Origin: Limnohabitans sp. Jir72
GTDB lineage: Bacteria > Pseudomonadota > Gammaproteobacteria > Burkholderiales > Burkholderiaceae_C
Reading direction: 5' to 3'
Length of the DNA: 32,000 nucleotides
Assembly (NCBI RefSeq): GCF_003063575.1
Contig: NZ_NESC01000011.1
Coordinates: 1-32,000 of the forward strand
The position numbers and the translations under genes are program-made. Under the pieces are notes generated by a model. The model was not told the DNA's origin. It saw only the letters and a list, made by a program, of their open reading frames with translations, and searched no databases. Every line of letters starts with the position of its first letter. Within the stretch, counting starts at the first letter, position 1. Shown here in pieces: positions 23,390 through 32,000 of this stretch.

Positions 23390-25561
23390 TCAGGCGGCAG
23401 TGGTTTGGCCGTAGCTCTTGACGCCGGCGCGGATCAAATCGGCACCCATGTCCATGGCCCAAGCTGCACAGGCGGCAATCAGCATGTCACTTTGGCTGAG
23501 GGTGTCGGTTTTGAGCAGGCGGGCCACGGCCGGGCGCTGAATCGACAGCACGGCTTGCTCTTTGCTGCCTTCGGCCAGAATCAATTGACCCTCACGCCAA
23601 AAGCCCACACGGCCACCTTCGGCGCGGTGGGCATTCAGGCGTGATTCGGATTCGTCTGGTGCATAGAGGATCACACCACCGTCGCTGTACTGCGCCAGAT
23701 CGGCCACCGCTTCGTCGGCTGCGTTGAGCACGGCGTAACCGTTGCTCAGCACCAGATCGATCTGAGTGCGGATGTAGCCGGGCATCTTTTCGTCGGGGCC
23801 GGGGTACAGGTCTTCCAGCGGCGCGGCCTTGGGCATGCTGGTTACGATGCCCACCAGGCAACGGTCGTAGGGCAGGCCTTGGGTCAACAGACGGCGGGCA
23901 TCGCTTTCAAACACCGCTGCTTGTACCGAGCGGTTGACCAACAGGCGTTCGGCTTGCTCAAAGTCCATGGCTCGCCCGCTTTGCAGGCAGCGCTGGTTCA
24001 TATAGAGGCCATCTGCACAGGCCAAGCCCGTGTAGAGGCCCTGCAAGTGCAACAGCCAGGAGATCAGTTTGGCTGGGCGTGTGGTGTCGCCGTCGCCCAT
24101 CAGGCCGACCAATGGAATGCGGCCGTTTTCCTTGGCCGGAATCAGGTGTTCGGCAATGGCTTTGCCCACAGTGCGGGGCTGACCCACAGCGGGGTTCAGG
24201 TGCATCAGCAAGCTGGGACCTGCATTGACTTCGACCACCACGCCCTGGGTGCCCAGGGGCTGGCGGATGTCTGGTGTGACCACGTCCACGCCTGCGATGT
24301 CCAGGCCCACCATGCGGGCGGCCAGCACGGCTTGGGCCGCCACATCGGGGTGCACCACATCGGTCACGTCGGTGGTCATGTTGCCGGTGCGCTTGACCAG
24401 CACTGTTTGACCGGATGTGGGCACGCTGTCAGGGGTCAGGCCCTGGCGGGCCAGCTCCAGCACTTCGGGGCTGTTGTCGCGCAGCTTGACCAGTTCCAGC
24501 GGCAAGCTGCCGTCGCTGCCGCGACGGGGGTCGGCGTTGATCTGCAGGTCCACCAATTCACGCACGGTGTTTTGGCCGTTGCCGATCACGCTGGCTGTTT
24601 CGCCCTGGCTGGCCGCCACCATGCGGTCGCCCACCACCAGCAGGCGGTGTTCGGATCCCCGGATGAAGCTTTCGACGATGACTTCGCTGCCTTGCTCCAG
24701 CGCAATGGCGTAAGCGGCTTCGATGTCAGCTTGGGTGCTCAGGTCCAGAGACACACCGCGTGCACGGTTGCCATCGCTGGGTTTGACGCACACCGGCAGG
24801 CCGATGTCTTGTGCCGCCGCCCAGGCCGCAGCCGGGCTGTCCACCACCTGGCCTTCGGGCACGGGCACGCCGCACATGGCCAGCAAGTTCTTGGTCAGGT
24901 CTTTGTCTTTGGAGATGCCCTCGGCAATGGCACTGGTGCGGTCCGTCTCGGCCGTCCAGATGCGCCGCTGGTTCACACCGTGGCCCAGTTGCACCAAGTT
25001 GCCCGCATTCAGGCGGATGTAGGGCACGCGGCGCTCGTAAGCGGCTTCCACAATGCTGGCGGTGCTGGGGCCCACATACAGCGCGTCCACCAAGTCGGTC
25101 AGCTTGGCAATCGCGCCAGGCACGTCATAAGGGGTGTCGTGGATGGCGGCCAAGATCAGCTCGCGGGCCATCTCCAAAGAAGTGCGCCCGACGGTTTCGT
25201 GGTCGGTGCGGATGACCACTTTGTAAACGCCACGTGGCCCGGCTTCGCGTGCCTTGCCAAAGCCCATGGACATGCCCGCACGGGTTTGCAGCTCCAGGCT
25301 CACGTGCTCCAGAATGTGACCGGCCCAGGTGCCTGTGTCCAGCCGTTGAAAAAAGCCACCGCGCACACCGGGCGTGCAGTAGTGCTCGATCATCTGGGGC
25401 AACCAAGTTTTCAGTCGGTCGTTGAACCCAGGCAGCAAATTGGAGGGGAAATCCTCCAGTTCGCCGATGTCGATCAAGGCTTCCATGACCGAGCGGTAAG
25501 TCCAGATGTTGGGCCCGCGCAGATAAGTCATGCGCAGGAATTGGATGTTTTTGGCGCTCAT
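23390..25561 (-). CDS. cyanophycin synthetase paralogue with degenerate/truncated Mur-ligase-like domain (723 aa)
   Basis: N domain and ATP-grasp motifs are intact (VKPSDGNRARGV; VVEVNAGPSL). The M-domain P-loop reads LMGDGDTT and the DHLG motif reads PKAAPLE. The protein ends before the Mur-ligase C-terminal domain. Confidence 0.85.
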   Translation of the reverse strand: MSAKNIQFLRMTYLRGPNIWTYRSVMEALIDIGELEDFPSNLLPGFNDRLKTWLPQMIEHYCTPGVRGGFFQRLDTGTWAGHILEHVSLELQTRAGMSMGFGKAREAGPRGVYKVVIRTDHETVGRTSLEMARELILAAIHDTPYDVPGAIAKLTDLVDALYVGPSTASIVEAAYERRVPYIRLNAGNLVQLGHGVNQRRIWTAETDRTSAIAEGISKDKDLTKNLLAMCGVPVPEGQVVDSPAAAWAAAQDIGLPVCVKPSDGNRARGVSLDLSTQADIEAAYAIALEQGSEVIVESFIRGSEHRLLVVGDRMVAASQGETASVIGNGQNTVRELVDLQINADPRRGSDGSLPLELVKLRDNSPEVLELARQGLTPDSVPTSGQTVLVKRTGNMTTDVTDVVHPDVAAQAVLAARMVGLDIAGVDVVTPDIRQPLGTQGVVVEVNAGPSLLMHLNPAVGQPRTVGKAIAEHLIPAKENGRIPLVGLMGDGDTTRPAKLISWLLHLQGLYTGLACADGLYMNQRCLQSGRAMDFEQAERLLVNRSVQAAVFESDARRLLTQGLPYDRCLVGIVTSMPKAAPLEDLYPGPDEKMPGYIRTQIDLVLSNGYAVLNAADEAVADLAQYSDGGVILYAPDESESRLNAHRAEGGRVGFWREGQLILAEGSKEQAVLSIQRPAVARLLKTDTLSQSDMLIAACAAWAMDMGADLIRAGVKSYGQTTAA

Positions 25562-25737
25562 GGATGGATGGGGCAGCGATACAATGACCAGTCGATCAAG
25601 GCAGCGGCCAAAGTGTGTACAAGAAGCTCAGGATTCAAAAAATACATGCGCAGTTTTGTTGCAGTCTTTGGCCAAATCAATGGTTGTTTTTTTCGGCTAG
25701 CCAAATTGGCGCGTCGGGCTCTTAGCGGTTCACCTTC

Positions 25738-28032
25738 ATGACTCCAACAACTTCTTCAGTTTTGCCGCGTTCGGTGGTTCCGGACGCTTGGCAGGCCGAG
25801 GTTTCTGCGCACCTTCAATCAGAAGAAAACGTTTCAGCCTGGCTGGAGGTTGACCTCGACGGGGAACTGCTGTTTGCTAAAAATGTCATTATTTTGACCG
25901 ATCGGCGGGTTTTATCGCCCGGTGACGCAGAAAAAAGTTGGCAAAGCTGGCTTTTGCAGAGCGATTTGACTCTGAAACTGAGTGACCATGCGGGTGTGGG
26001 GACTTTGGAGTTGGCCTCATCCATTGGCCGTTTGGCAGTCTGGCGCTTTACCTTGGGTTTGCAATCAGCTGTTGCCCGCTGGGTCAGCCAGTTTGAAAAC
26101 CAGATGGCCCAACTGGCCGGTGATGGCCGTCCTTTGCAAAAAGCCTTGGCGGTCTCGGTCTGCCCGGTGTGTCAGGCGGTCATGCGTGAGGACGATGACG
26201 AGTGCCCCAGCTGCGGCCGTGAAGACCTGGCACCACCCTCCACCTGGACCTTGTTCAAGCTGTGGCGCTTTGCCAGGCCCTACCAGGGCTCCTTGCTGGC
26301 AGGTTTTGTGCTGACTTTGGCGGCCACGGCGGCGACCCTGGTGCCGCCTTACCTGACCATGCCGCTGATGGACGACATCCTGATCCCTTACCAGAACGGC
26401 AAGGCGATTGACCCGGGCTTGGTGTCCATGTACCTGCTGGGCTTGCTGGGCGCCGCTTTGCTCGCCTGGGGCTTGGGCTGGGCCAAGACCTACATCCTGG
26501 CGCTGGTGTCCGAGCGCATTGGTGCCGACCTGCGCACCAGCACTTACGAGCATTTGCTCAAGCTCTCGCTGGAATACTTTGGCGACCGCCGCACCGGTGA
26601 CCTGATCGCGCGCATCGGCAACGAGACCGACCGCATCAACGTGTTCCTGTCCTTGCACCTGCTGGACTTTGCCACCGACGTGCTGATGATCCTGATGACG
26701 GCGGTCATACTGTTCACCATCAACCCCACCTTGGCCATGGTGACTTTGCTGCCGCTGCCCTTCATCGGCTGGTTGATCCATGTGGTGCGTGAGCGCCTGC
26801 GCACCGGCTTTGAAAAAATCGACCGCGTCTGGGCCGAAGTGACCAATGTGCTGGCCGACACGATTCCCGGTATCCGCGTGGTCAAGGCTTTTGCTCAAGA
26901 AGACCGTGAAGCCACCCGGTTCAAGGACGCCAACCGCCACAACCTGATGGTCAATGACCGACTCAACCGCGTCTGGGCCTTGTTTTCACCCACCGTCACG
27001 TTGATGACCGAAGTGGGCCTGCTGGTGGTCTGGGGCTTTGGCATCTGGCTGGTCTCGGACGACCAAATCACCGTCGGTGTGCTGACCGCTTTCCTGGCCT
27101 ACATCGGCCGTTTTTATGGCCGTCTGGACACGATGAGCCGCATCGTCTCGCACACGCAAAAAGCCGCCTCGGGCGCCAAGCGCATCTTTGACATCCTGGA
27201 CCACGTCTCCAGCGTGCCCGAGCCGGTGAACCCTTTGCCGCTGCCGCCGGTGCAAGGCCGCATCACGGTGCGCGACGCGGGTTTCCGCTACGGCAACCGC
27301 GCCGTGATCCGTCAGCTCAATCTGGACATCCAGCCCGGTCAGATGATCGGCCTGGTGGGCCACAGCGGCTCGGGCAAAAGCACGCTGGTCAACCTGATCT
27401 GCCGCTTTTATGACCTGACCGAAGGCGCGATCGAGCTGGATGGCACCGACATCCGCCAGCTCAAAATTTCCGACTACCGCAGCCAGATCGGCCTGGTCTT
27501 GCAGGAGCCTTTCCTGTTCTTCGGAACGATCGCCGACAACATCGCTTACGGCAAACCCAGTGCGACCCGCGAAGACATCGTGGCCGCCGCCCGCGCCGCG
27601 CACGCCCATGAATTCATCTTGCGCATGCCGCAGGGTTACGACTCGCTGGTGGGTGAGCGAGGGCAGGGCCTGTCGGGCGGTGAGCGCCAGCGCATCTCGA
27701 TTGCACGAGCTTTGCTGATCAACCCGCGCATTTTGATTCTGGACGAGGCCACCTCGGCGGTGGACACCGAGACCGAAAAAGAAATCCAGCGCGCCCTGGA
27801 CAACCTGGTGCGCGGTCGCACCACCATCGCCATCGCGCACCGCCTGTCGACCTTGCGCAAAGCCGACCGCTTGGTGGTCATGGACAAGGGCGTGGTGGTC
27901 GAAGAAGGCTCCCACGACCAGCTGATCGAAGCCCAAGGCGCTTACTGGCGTCTGTACGAAGCGCAGCAGCGCCAAGCCGAAGCCGAAGCGGTCTTGGGTG
28001 GCAGCACAGAAGAACAAAAGGTGAGCGCATGA
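25738..28032 (+). CDS. ABC exporter (fused TMD-NBD) with ~170-aa N-terminal extension containing a Cys4 zinc ribbon
   Basis: Walker [10 protein letters not shown], signature LSGGERQR, Walker [14 protein letters not shown]-loop IAHRL. Six-helix TMD. N-terminal [10 protein letters not shown] segment and CPVC-x10-CPSC. Confidence 0.88.
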   Translation: MTPTTSSVLPRSVVPDAWQAEVSAHLQSEENVSAWLEVDLDGELLFAKNVIILTDRRVLSPGDAEKSWQSWLLQSDLTLKLSDHAGVGTLELASSIGRLAVWRFTLGLQSAVARWVSQFENQMAQLAGDGRPLQKALAVSVCPVCQAVMREDDDECPSCGREDLAPPSTWTLFKLWRFARPYQGSLLAGFVLTLAATAATLVPPYLTMPLMDDILIPYQNGKAIDPGLVSMYLLGLLGAALLAWGLGWAKTYILALVSERIGADLRTSTYEHLLKLSLEYFGDRRTGDLIARIGNETDRINVFLSLHLLDFATDVLMILMTAVILFTINPTLAMVTLLPLPFIGWLIHVVRERLRTGFEKIDRVWAEVTNVLADTIPGIRVVKAFAQEDREATRFKDANRHNLMVNDRLNRVWALFSPTVTLMTEVGLLVVWGFGIWLVSDDQITVGVLTAFLAYIGRFYGRLDTMSRIVSHTQKAASGAKRIFDILDHVSSVPEPVNPLPLPPVQGRITVRDAGFRYGNRAVIRQLNLDIQPGQMIGLVGHSGSGKSTLVNLICRFYDLTEGAIELDGTDIRQLKISDYRSQIGLVLQEPFLFFGTIADNIAYGKPSATREDIVAAARAAHAHEFILRMPQGYDSLVGERGQGLSGGERQRISIARALLINPRILILDEATSAVDTETEKEIQRALDNLVRGRTTIAIAHRLSTLRKADRLVVMDKGVVVEEGSHDQLIEAQGAYWRLYEAQQRQAEAEAVLGGSTEEQKVSA

Positions 28033-28493
28033 ACGCATTCGACTTGCAACGCGATGCCTTTGGCCGCTGGACTTTGGTGCTGGCCGACGGCACGCGCTAC
28101 ACGCCCGTGACCGCGATTCGCGCCTACCCGGTCACAGACCCTGACGGCGGCGTGGCCCTCATGGACGCCGAGGGCCATGAACTGCTCTGGATCGAACAGT
28201 TGGCGCAACTGGTGCCTGCAATGCGCGCCCAAGTGATGCAGGCCCTGACCGAGCGGGAGTTCCTGCCGGTGATCGAAAAGCTTGAAGGCGTCAGCAGCTT
28301 TGCCACGCCCAGCACCTGGTCGGTGGTGACCAACCGGGGCAGCACGCAGTTCTTGCTCAAAGGCGAGGAAGACATCCGCCGCCTGACCGGCACCGTGCTG
28401 CTCATCAACGATGCCGATGGCGTGCAGTACATGATCCGCGACCTGGCGGGCATGGACAAACACTCGCGCAAACTGCTCGACCGCTTCCTGTAG
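28029..28493 (+). CDS. DUF1854-like protein, translationally coupled to the ABC exporter
   Basis: ATGA start/stop overlap at 28029-32. The pattern ...REFLPVIEKLEGVSSFATPSTWSVVTNRG...LLINDADGVQYMIRDL...SRKLLDRFL is recalled as DUF1854. Confidence 0.7.
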   Translation: MNAFDLQRDAFGRWTLVLADGTRYTPVTAIRAYPVTDPDGGVALMDAEGHELLWIEQLAQLVPAMRAQVMQALTEREFLPVIEKLEGVSSFATPSTWSVVTNRGSTQFLLKGEEDIRRLTGTVLLINDADGVQYMIRDLAGMDKHSRKLLDRFL

Positions 28494-28633
28494 GTCAGAG
28501 CTTCAGCTCCGACATGGGTGGTTTGGACGAAGGCTGCACGTCCGGGCTGAAGCCGCCGACAAGACGATTCTCCCCGCAGGTCAGACCAGCAGGTCCGACG
28601 AGCTGTCTTAGCCAAAGGCGGCATGTTTTGGCA

Positions 28634-29998
28634 CTACAAAGGCCAGACCGAGCCGTGCTCAGGCACCACCGCCCGCCACTTGATCTCGTGCTCGATGCGC
28701 TGGCGCAGCATGTCGGACGCTTCGCGTTCGCCGTGCACCACATACACCTGATCGGGCGCGCAGGGCATTTTGTGCAGCCAGCTGAGCAACTGGTTGGCAT
28801 CGGCGTGGGCAGACGCCGATTCGATCTGCACCACCTCGGCGCGTACCGCCACATCTTGGGCATGGATGCGGATGGTGTGGCTGCCCCCAGCCAGCCAGGC
28901 ACCGCGCGTGCCGGGGGCTTGGTAGCCCGTCAGGATGATCATGTTGCGGTGATCGCCCGCGTACTGGGCCAAGTGGTGCAGCACGCGCCCGCCGGTGGCC
29001 ATGCCGCTGGCCGCCAGGATGACCATGGGGCCATGGCGTTTGGCCAGTGACTTCGATTGCTCCGGCGTCTCCAGCATGGTGGCCACATGGTCCATGTTGT
29101 GCACTTCCTGGTCGCTCAGGCGGTGCTCGCCCGGGTGTTTGGCAAACAAGGCGGTGGTGTGGATGGCCATGGGGCTGTCCAGAAAAATCGGCAAACCGTG
29201 TGGGATTTCACCTGCTGCTTTGAGCTGTGCAATCGTGTGCAACACCGCCTGCGCACGCCCTACGGCAAACACCGGCACCACCGCCACACCGCCCCGTGCG
29301 GCCAGCTTGTGCAACAAAGGGCCAAGTTCGGCAAACAGTTTTTCCTTGGGATGCTGGCGGTCACCATAGGTGGACTCGATCAGCACCGTGTCGGCCTGCG
29401 GCGGCGGCTCGGGCGGGTTCATGAGCGGATCATCAGGACGGCCCAAGTCGCCCGAGAACAAGATGCGCCGCCCGGCCACATCCAGCAGCAAGCTGGCCGC
29501 ACCGAGGATGTGCCCGGCGGGCTGAAAGCGGGCCTTCCATCCAGGGATGGGCTCAAACCATTCGTCCTGTCGCTCGGCGTGCAGGTGTTTCAAACTGTCA
29601 ACAGCCTCTTGCTTGGTGTAAAGCGGCAGAGCGGGGGCATGTTTTGAAAAGCCATGTCGGTTGGCAAAGAAAGCGTCTTCCTCCTGGATGTGCCCGCTGT
29701 CGGGCAGCAAGATGGCCGCCAGATCGCAGGTGCCCGAGGTGGCATGCACACGCCCTTTGAAGCCTTGCTTGACCAGCAAGGGAAGGTAGCCGCTGTGGTC
29801 CAGGTGCGCGTGGGTCAGGATCACCGCATTGATTTGCTCCGGGGCCACTGGCAAGGGATTCCAGTTGCGCAGGCGCAGTTGTTTGTAGCCCTGGAACAAG
29901 CCGCAATCGACCAGCAAGCGCTGGCCCTCGTGCTCGATCAGGTACTTGGAGCCTGTGACGGTGTCGGCTCCGCCGAGGAAGGTGATGGTGGCAGTCAT
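28634..29998 (-). CDS. MBL-fold metallo-hydrolase of the beta-CASP (RNA-metabolising) type
   Basis: HAHLDHSG, IESTYG, SAHAD and VVHGE motifs. I prefer the ATG at 29998 (MTATITFLGGADTVTGSKY). The track TTG at 30019 lies inside the dnaJ terminator T-run. Confidence 0.8.
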   Translation of the reverse strand: MTATITFLGGADTVTGSKYLIEHEGQRLLVDCGLFQGYKQLRLRNWNPLPVAPEQINAVILTHAHLDHSGYLPLLVKQGFKGRVHATSGTCDLAAILLPDSGHIQEEDAFFANRHGFSKHAPALPLYTKQEAVDSLKHLHAERQDEWFEPIPGWKARFQPAGHILGAASLLLDVAGRRILFSGDLGRPDDPLMNPPEPPPQADTVLIESTYGDRQHPKEKLFAELGPLLHKLAARGGVAVVPVFAVGRAQAVLHTIAQLKAAGEIPHGLPIFLDSPMAIHTTALFAKHPGEHRLSDQEVHNMDHVATMLETPEQSKSLAKRHGPMVILAASGMATGGRVLHHLAQYAGDHRNMIILTGYQAPGTRGAWLAGGSHTIRIHAQDVAVRAEVVQIESASAHADANQLLSWLHKMPCAPDQVYVVHGEREASDMLRQRIEHEIKWRAVVPEHGSVWPL

Positions 29999-30016
29999 GC
30001 CTTGCATGGTGATCGC

Positions 30017-30054
30017 CAAAGAAAAAAGGCTGCTTGACGCAAGTCAAACAGCCT
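30017..30054 (-). terminator. Rho-independent terminator of the dnaK-dnaJ operon
   Basis: Minus-strand stem AGGCTG-t-TTGAC-ttgc-GTCAA-g-CAGCCT, followed by TTTTTTCTTTGG. Confidence 0.6.
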
Positions 30055-30138
30055 CTCGATTCGTTCAGTTCGCTTGCATATTGACATGGCCCCATCAGGA
30101 TGGCCTTGCCGGTGTTGGTCAGCCACGCGTGTATTTTT

Positions 30139-30259
30139 TGTAGGAGCCCACCCTGTGGGCGATGGGCTGCAGGGCTTGTGCCAAGCGCATCGCCCACGGG
30201 GTGGGCTCCTACAAAAGGCGGGGCCTTTCATTGTGGGAGCGGCACCCGCGCTGCGATGG
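30139..30259. repeat. REP-like cluster: inverted pair plus one diverged copy downstream of dnaJ
   Basis: TGTAGGAGCCCACCCTGTGGGCGATGG (30139-30165), inverted GCATCGCCCACGGGGTGGGCTCCTACA (30187-30213), and variant TGTGGGAGCGGCACCCGCGCTGCGATGG (30232-30259). Confidence 0.85.
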
Positions 30260-30272
30260 CGCTTTGCTGACC

Positions 30273-31409
30273 TCAGCCGCCGAAGAAGCCCTTGAGTTTG
30301 TCCGTCCAGCCTTCGCCAGAAGGCTGGTGTTTGCCGCCACCTTTTTGCAGGGACTCCTCAAACTCCTTGAGCAATTTCTTTTGGTGCTCGGTGAGCTTGA
30401 CCGGGGTCTCGACGGTGATGTGGCAGTACAGATCGCCGGGGTAGCTGCCGCGCACGCCCTTGATGCCTTTGCCTCGGATGCGGAACTGCTTGCCGGTTTG
30501 TGTGCCTTCGGGGATGTCGATGGCCGCTTTGCCGCCCAGGGTGGGCACTTCGATCTCACCGCCCAAAGCGGCTTTGCTGAAGCTGATCGGCACGGCGCAA
30601 TGCAGGTCATCGCCATCGCGCTCAAAAATCGAATGCTTCTTGATGCGGATCTCGATGAACAAGTCGCCCGGTGGTCCGCCATTGCTACCGGGCTCGCCAT
30701 TGCCCGCGCTGCGGATGCGCATGCCGTCGTCGATGCCGGCCGGAATTTTGACTTCCAGCGTTTTTTGTTTCTTGATCTTGCCCTGACCCTGGCAGCTGGT
30801 GCAAGGCTCGGGGATGATCTTGCCAGTGCCTCGGCAGTGCGGGCAGGTTTGCTGCACGCTGAAAAAGCCCTGGCGCATTTGCACTTGGCCTTGGCCGTGG
30901 CAGGTGGAGCAAGTCTTGGCGCTGGTGCCGGGTTTGGCACCGCTGCCGTGGCAGGTGTCGCACTCGTCCCAGCCGGGAATGCGCAGCTGCGAGTCTTTGC
31001 CGTTGGCCGCTTCTTCAAGCGTGATCTCCATCGCGTAGCTCAGGTCGGCGCCACGGAAGACCTGACGGCCACCGCCACGCCCACCGCGGCCCTGGCCGCC
31101 AAAGATGTCGCCAAAGATGTCGCCAAACGCATCGCCGAAGCCACCGCCAAAGCCTTCGGCACCGCCGCGCATATTGGGGTCCACACCGGCGTGGCCGTGC
31201 TGGTCATAGGCCGCACGTTTTTGCGGGTCCGACAGCATCTCGTAGGCCTCTTTGACCTCTTTGAACTTGGCTTCGGCGTCCTTGGCGGCATCTCCCTGAT
31301 TGCGGTCAGGGTGGAACTTCATCGCCAGCTTGCGATAGGACTTCTTGATGTCTTCGTCCGAGGCGTTTTTGGCAACGCCCAGCACTTCGTAAAAATCTCG
31401 TTTGGCCAT
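30273..31409 (-). CDS. dnaJ: molecular chaperone DnaJ
   Basis: [12 protein letters not shown] start at the ATG at 31409 (the track begins 2 codons earlier at a TTG). HPD motif, G/F region, and four CxxCxGxG zinc-finger repeats. Confidence 0.95.
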   Translation of the reverse strand: MAKRDFYEVLGVAKNASDEDIKKSYRKLAMKFHPDRNQGDAAKDAEAKFKEVKEAYEMLSDPQKRAAYDQHGHAGVDPNMRGGAEGFGGGFGDAFGDIFGDIFGGQGRGGRGGGRQVFRGADLSYAMEITLEEAANGKDSQLRIPGWDECDTCHGSGAKPGTSAKTCSTCHGQGQVQMRQGFFSVQQTCPHCRGTGKIIPEPCTSCQGQGKIKKQKTLEVKIPAGIDDGMRIRSAGNGEPGSNGGPPGDLFIEIRIKKHSIFERDGDDLHCAVPISFSKAALGGEIEVPTLGGKAAIDIPEGTQTGKQFRIRGKGIKGVRGSYPGDLYCHITVETPVKLTEHQKKLLKEFEESLQKGGGKHQPSGEGWTDKLKGFFGG

Positions 31410-31481
31410 GTGCAATCAAACCGTTAGAACAAGAACGCCGCGAAGGCGATTCAGGGGGCTGAACCAGCTTGCGCGGCGGGA

Positions 31482-31500
31482 CTGCGGCCGGTGGCCGCAG
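31482..31500 (-). other. Hairpin CTGCGGCC-ggt-GGCCGCAG in the dnaK-dnaJ spacer
   Basis: 8-bp perfect stem read directly from the sequence. Intra-operon stem-loops are common between dnaK and dnaJ. Confidence 0.5.
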
Positions 31501-31513
31501 AAGAGGAGGGGTA

Positions 31514-32000
31514 TCAGCCCTTTTTGACTTCCTTGACTTCAGCGTCCACGACGTTGTCGTCCTGGGGCTTGGCTTCTGCAGCACCTGCGCCCGCAGCGGC
31601 TTGTTGCGCCTGCATCTCGGCATAGACCTTCTCGCCCAGCTTCTGGCTGGCGGTCATCAGCGCTTCGGTTTTGGCTTCGATGGCGTCTTTGTCTTCGCCT
31701 TTCAAAACTTCTTCCAGGTCCTTGGCGGCTGCTTCGATGGCTTCTTTTTCAGCCGCTTCGATCTTGTCGCCGTGCTCGGTCAAGCTCTTCTTGACGCTGT
31801 GGACAGCGGCTTCGCCGGAGTTGCGGGCCTGCACCAGTTCGAGCTTTTTCTTGTCTTCGGCAGCGTTCAGCTCGGCGTCTTTCACCATCTGCTGGATTTC
31901 TTCTTCCGACAGACCCGAGTTGGCCTTGATGGTGATCTTGTTTTCCTTGCCAGTGCCTTTGTCTTTGGCACCCACATGCAAGATGCCGTTGGCATCGATG
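31514..32000 (-). CDS. dnaK: molecular chaperone DnaK, C-terminal part (continues beyond the right edge)
   Basis: The frame is open to base 32000. [35 protein letters not shown] is the canonical Hsp70 substrate-binding/lid region. Confidence 0.95.
   Translation of the reverse strand, partial: IDANGILHVGAKDKGTGKENKITIKANSGLSEEEIQQMVKDAELNAAEDKKKLELVQARNSGEAAVHSVKKSLTEHGDKIEAAEKEAIEAAAKDLEEVLKGEDKDAIEAKTEALMTASQKLGEKVYAEMQAQQAAAGAGAAEAKPQDDNVVDAEVKEVKKG

Overview
The window has two parts that differ in composition.

**Island, bases 1 to ~9710.** GC is visibly lower: 40-47 % in two 60-nt stretches I hand-counted, against 50-63 % in three stretches further right. These are small samples, not a computed profile. 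The island carries:
- two tyrosine recombinases, a ~342-aa integrase and a 190-aa catalytic-domain-only enzyme
- a minus-strand operon with a clamp-loader-like AAA+ ATPase and orphan proteins
- an SF2-helicase-like P-loop protein followed by an AT-rich hairpin and GATGTGTGA iteron-like repeats
- several further orphan ORFs
- a secreted glycine-zipper protein

A 17-bp palindrome (TGTCGTTT-N-AAACGACA) recurs through the island. Its right-most copy coincides with the island/core junction. The left end of the island lies outside the window.

**Core, bases ~9715-32000.** This looks like ordinary chromosome of a beta-proteobacterium. The Burkholderiales/Comamonadaceae-like assignment is inferred from gene content only. 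In order:
- TIGR02450-like Trp-rich protein
- mltB
- HDAC-family deacetylase
- enoyl-CoA hydratase
- MscS channel
- etfB-etfA
- long acyl-CoA dehydrogenase
- nitronate monooxygenase
- acyltransferase-3
- a tandem cyanophycin synthetase pair: cphA' with a degenerate, truncated Mur-ligase domain, then full-length cphA
- divergent from that pair, an N-terminally extended ABC exporter with a translationally coupled DUF1854 protein
- a beta-CASP MBL hydrolase
- dnaJ and the 3' end of dnaK

Core intergenic regions carry a REP-like element (GTAGGAGCCCACCCCGTGGGCGATGG), both as inverted pairs and as a 77-bp tandem array. I recognised no rRNA, tRNA or CRISPR array.

**Best candidates for undescribed biology:**
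- the island's unknown AAA+ module
- the palindrome network
- the short recombinase beside a 0.7-kb structured non-coding region
- the putative replication module
- the uncharacterised ABC/DUF1854 partner of the cyanophycin locus
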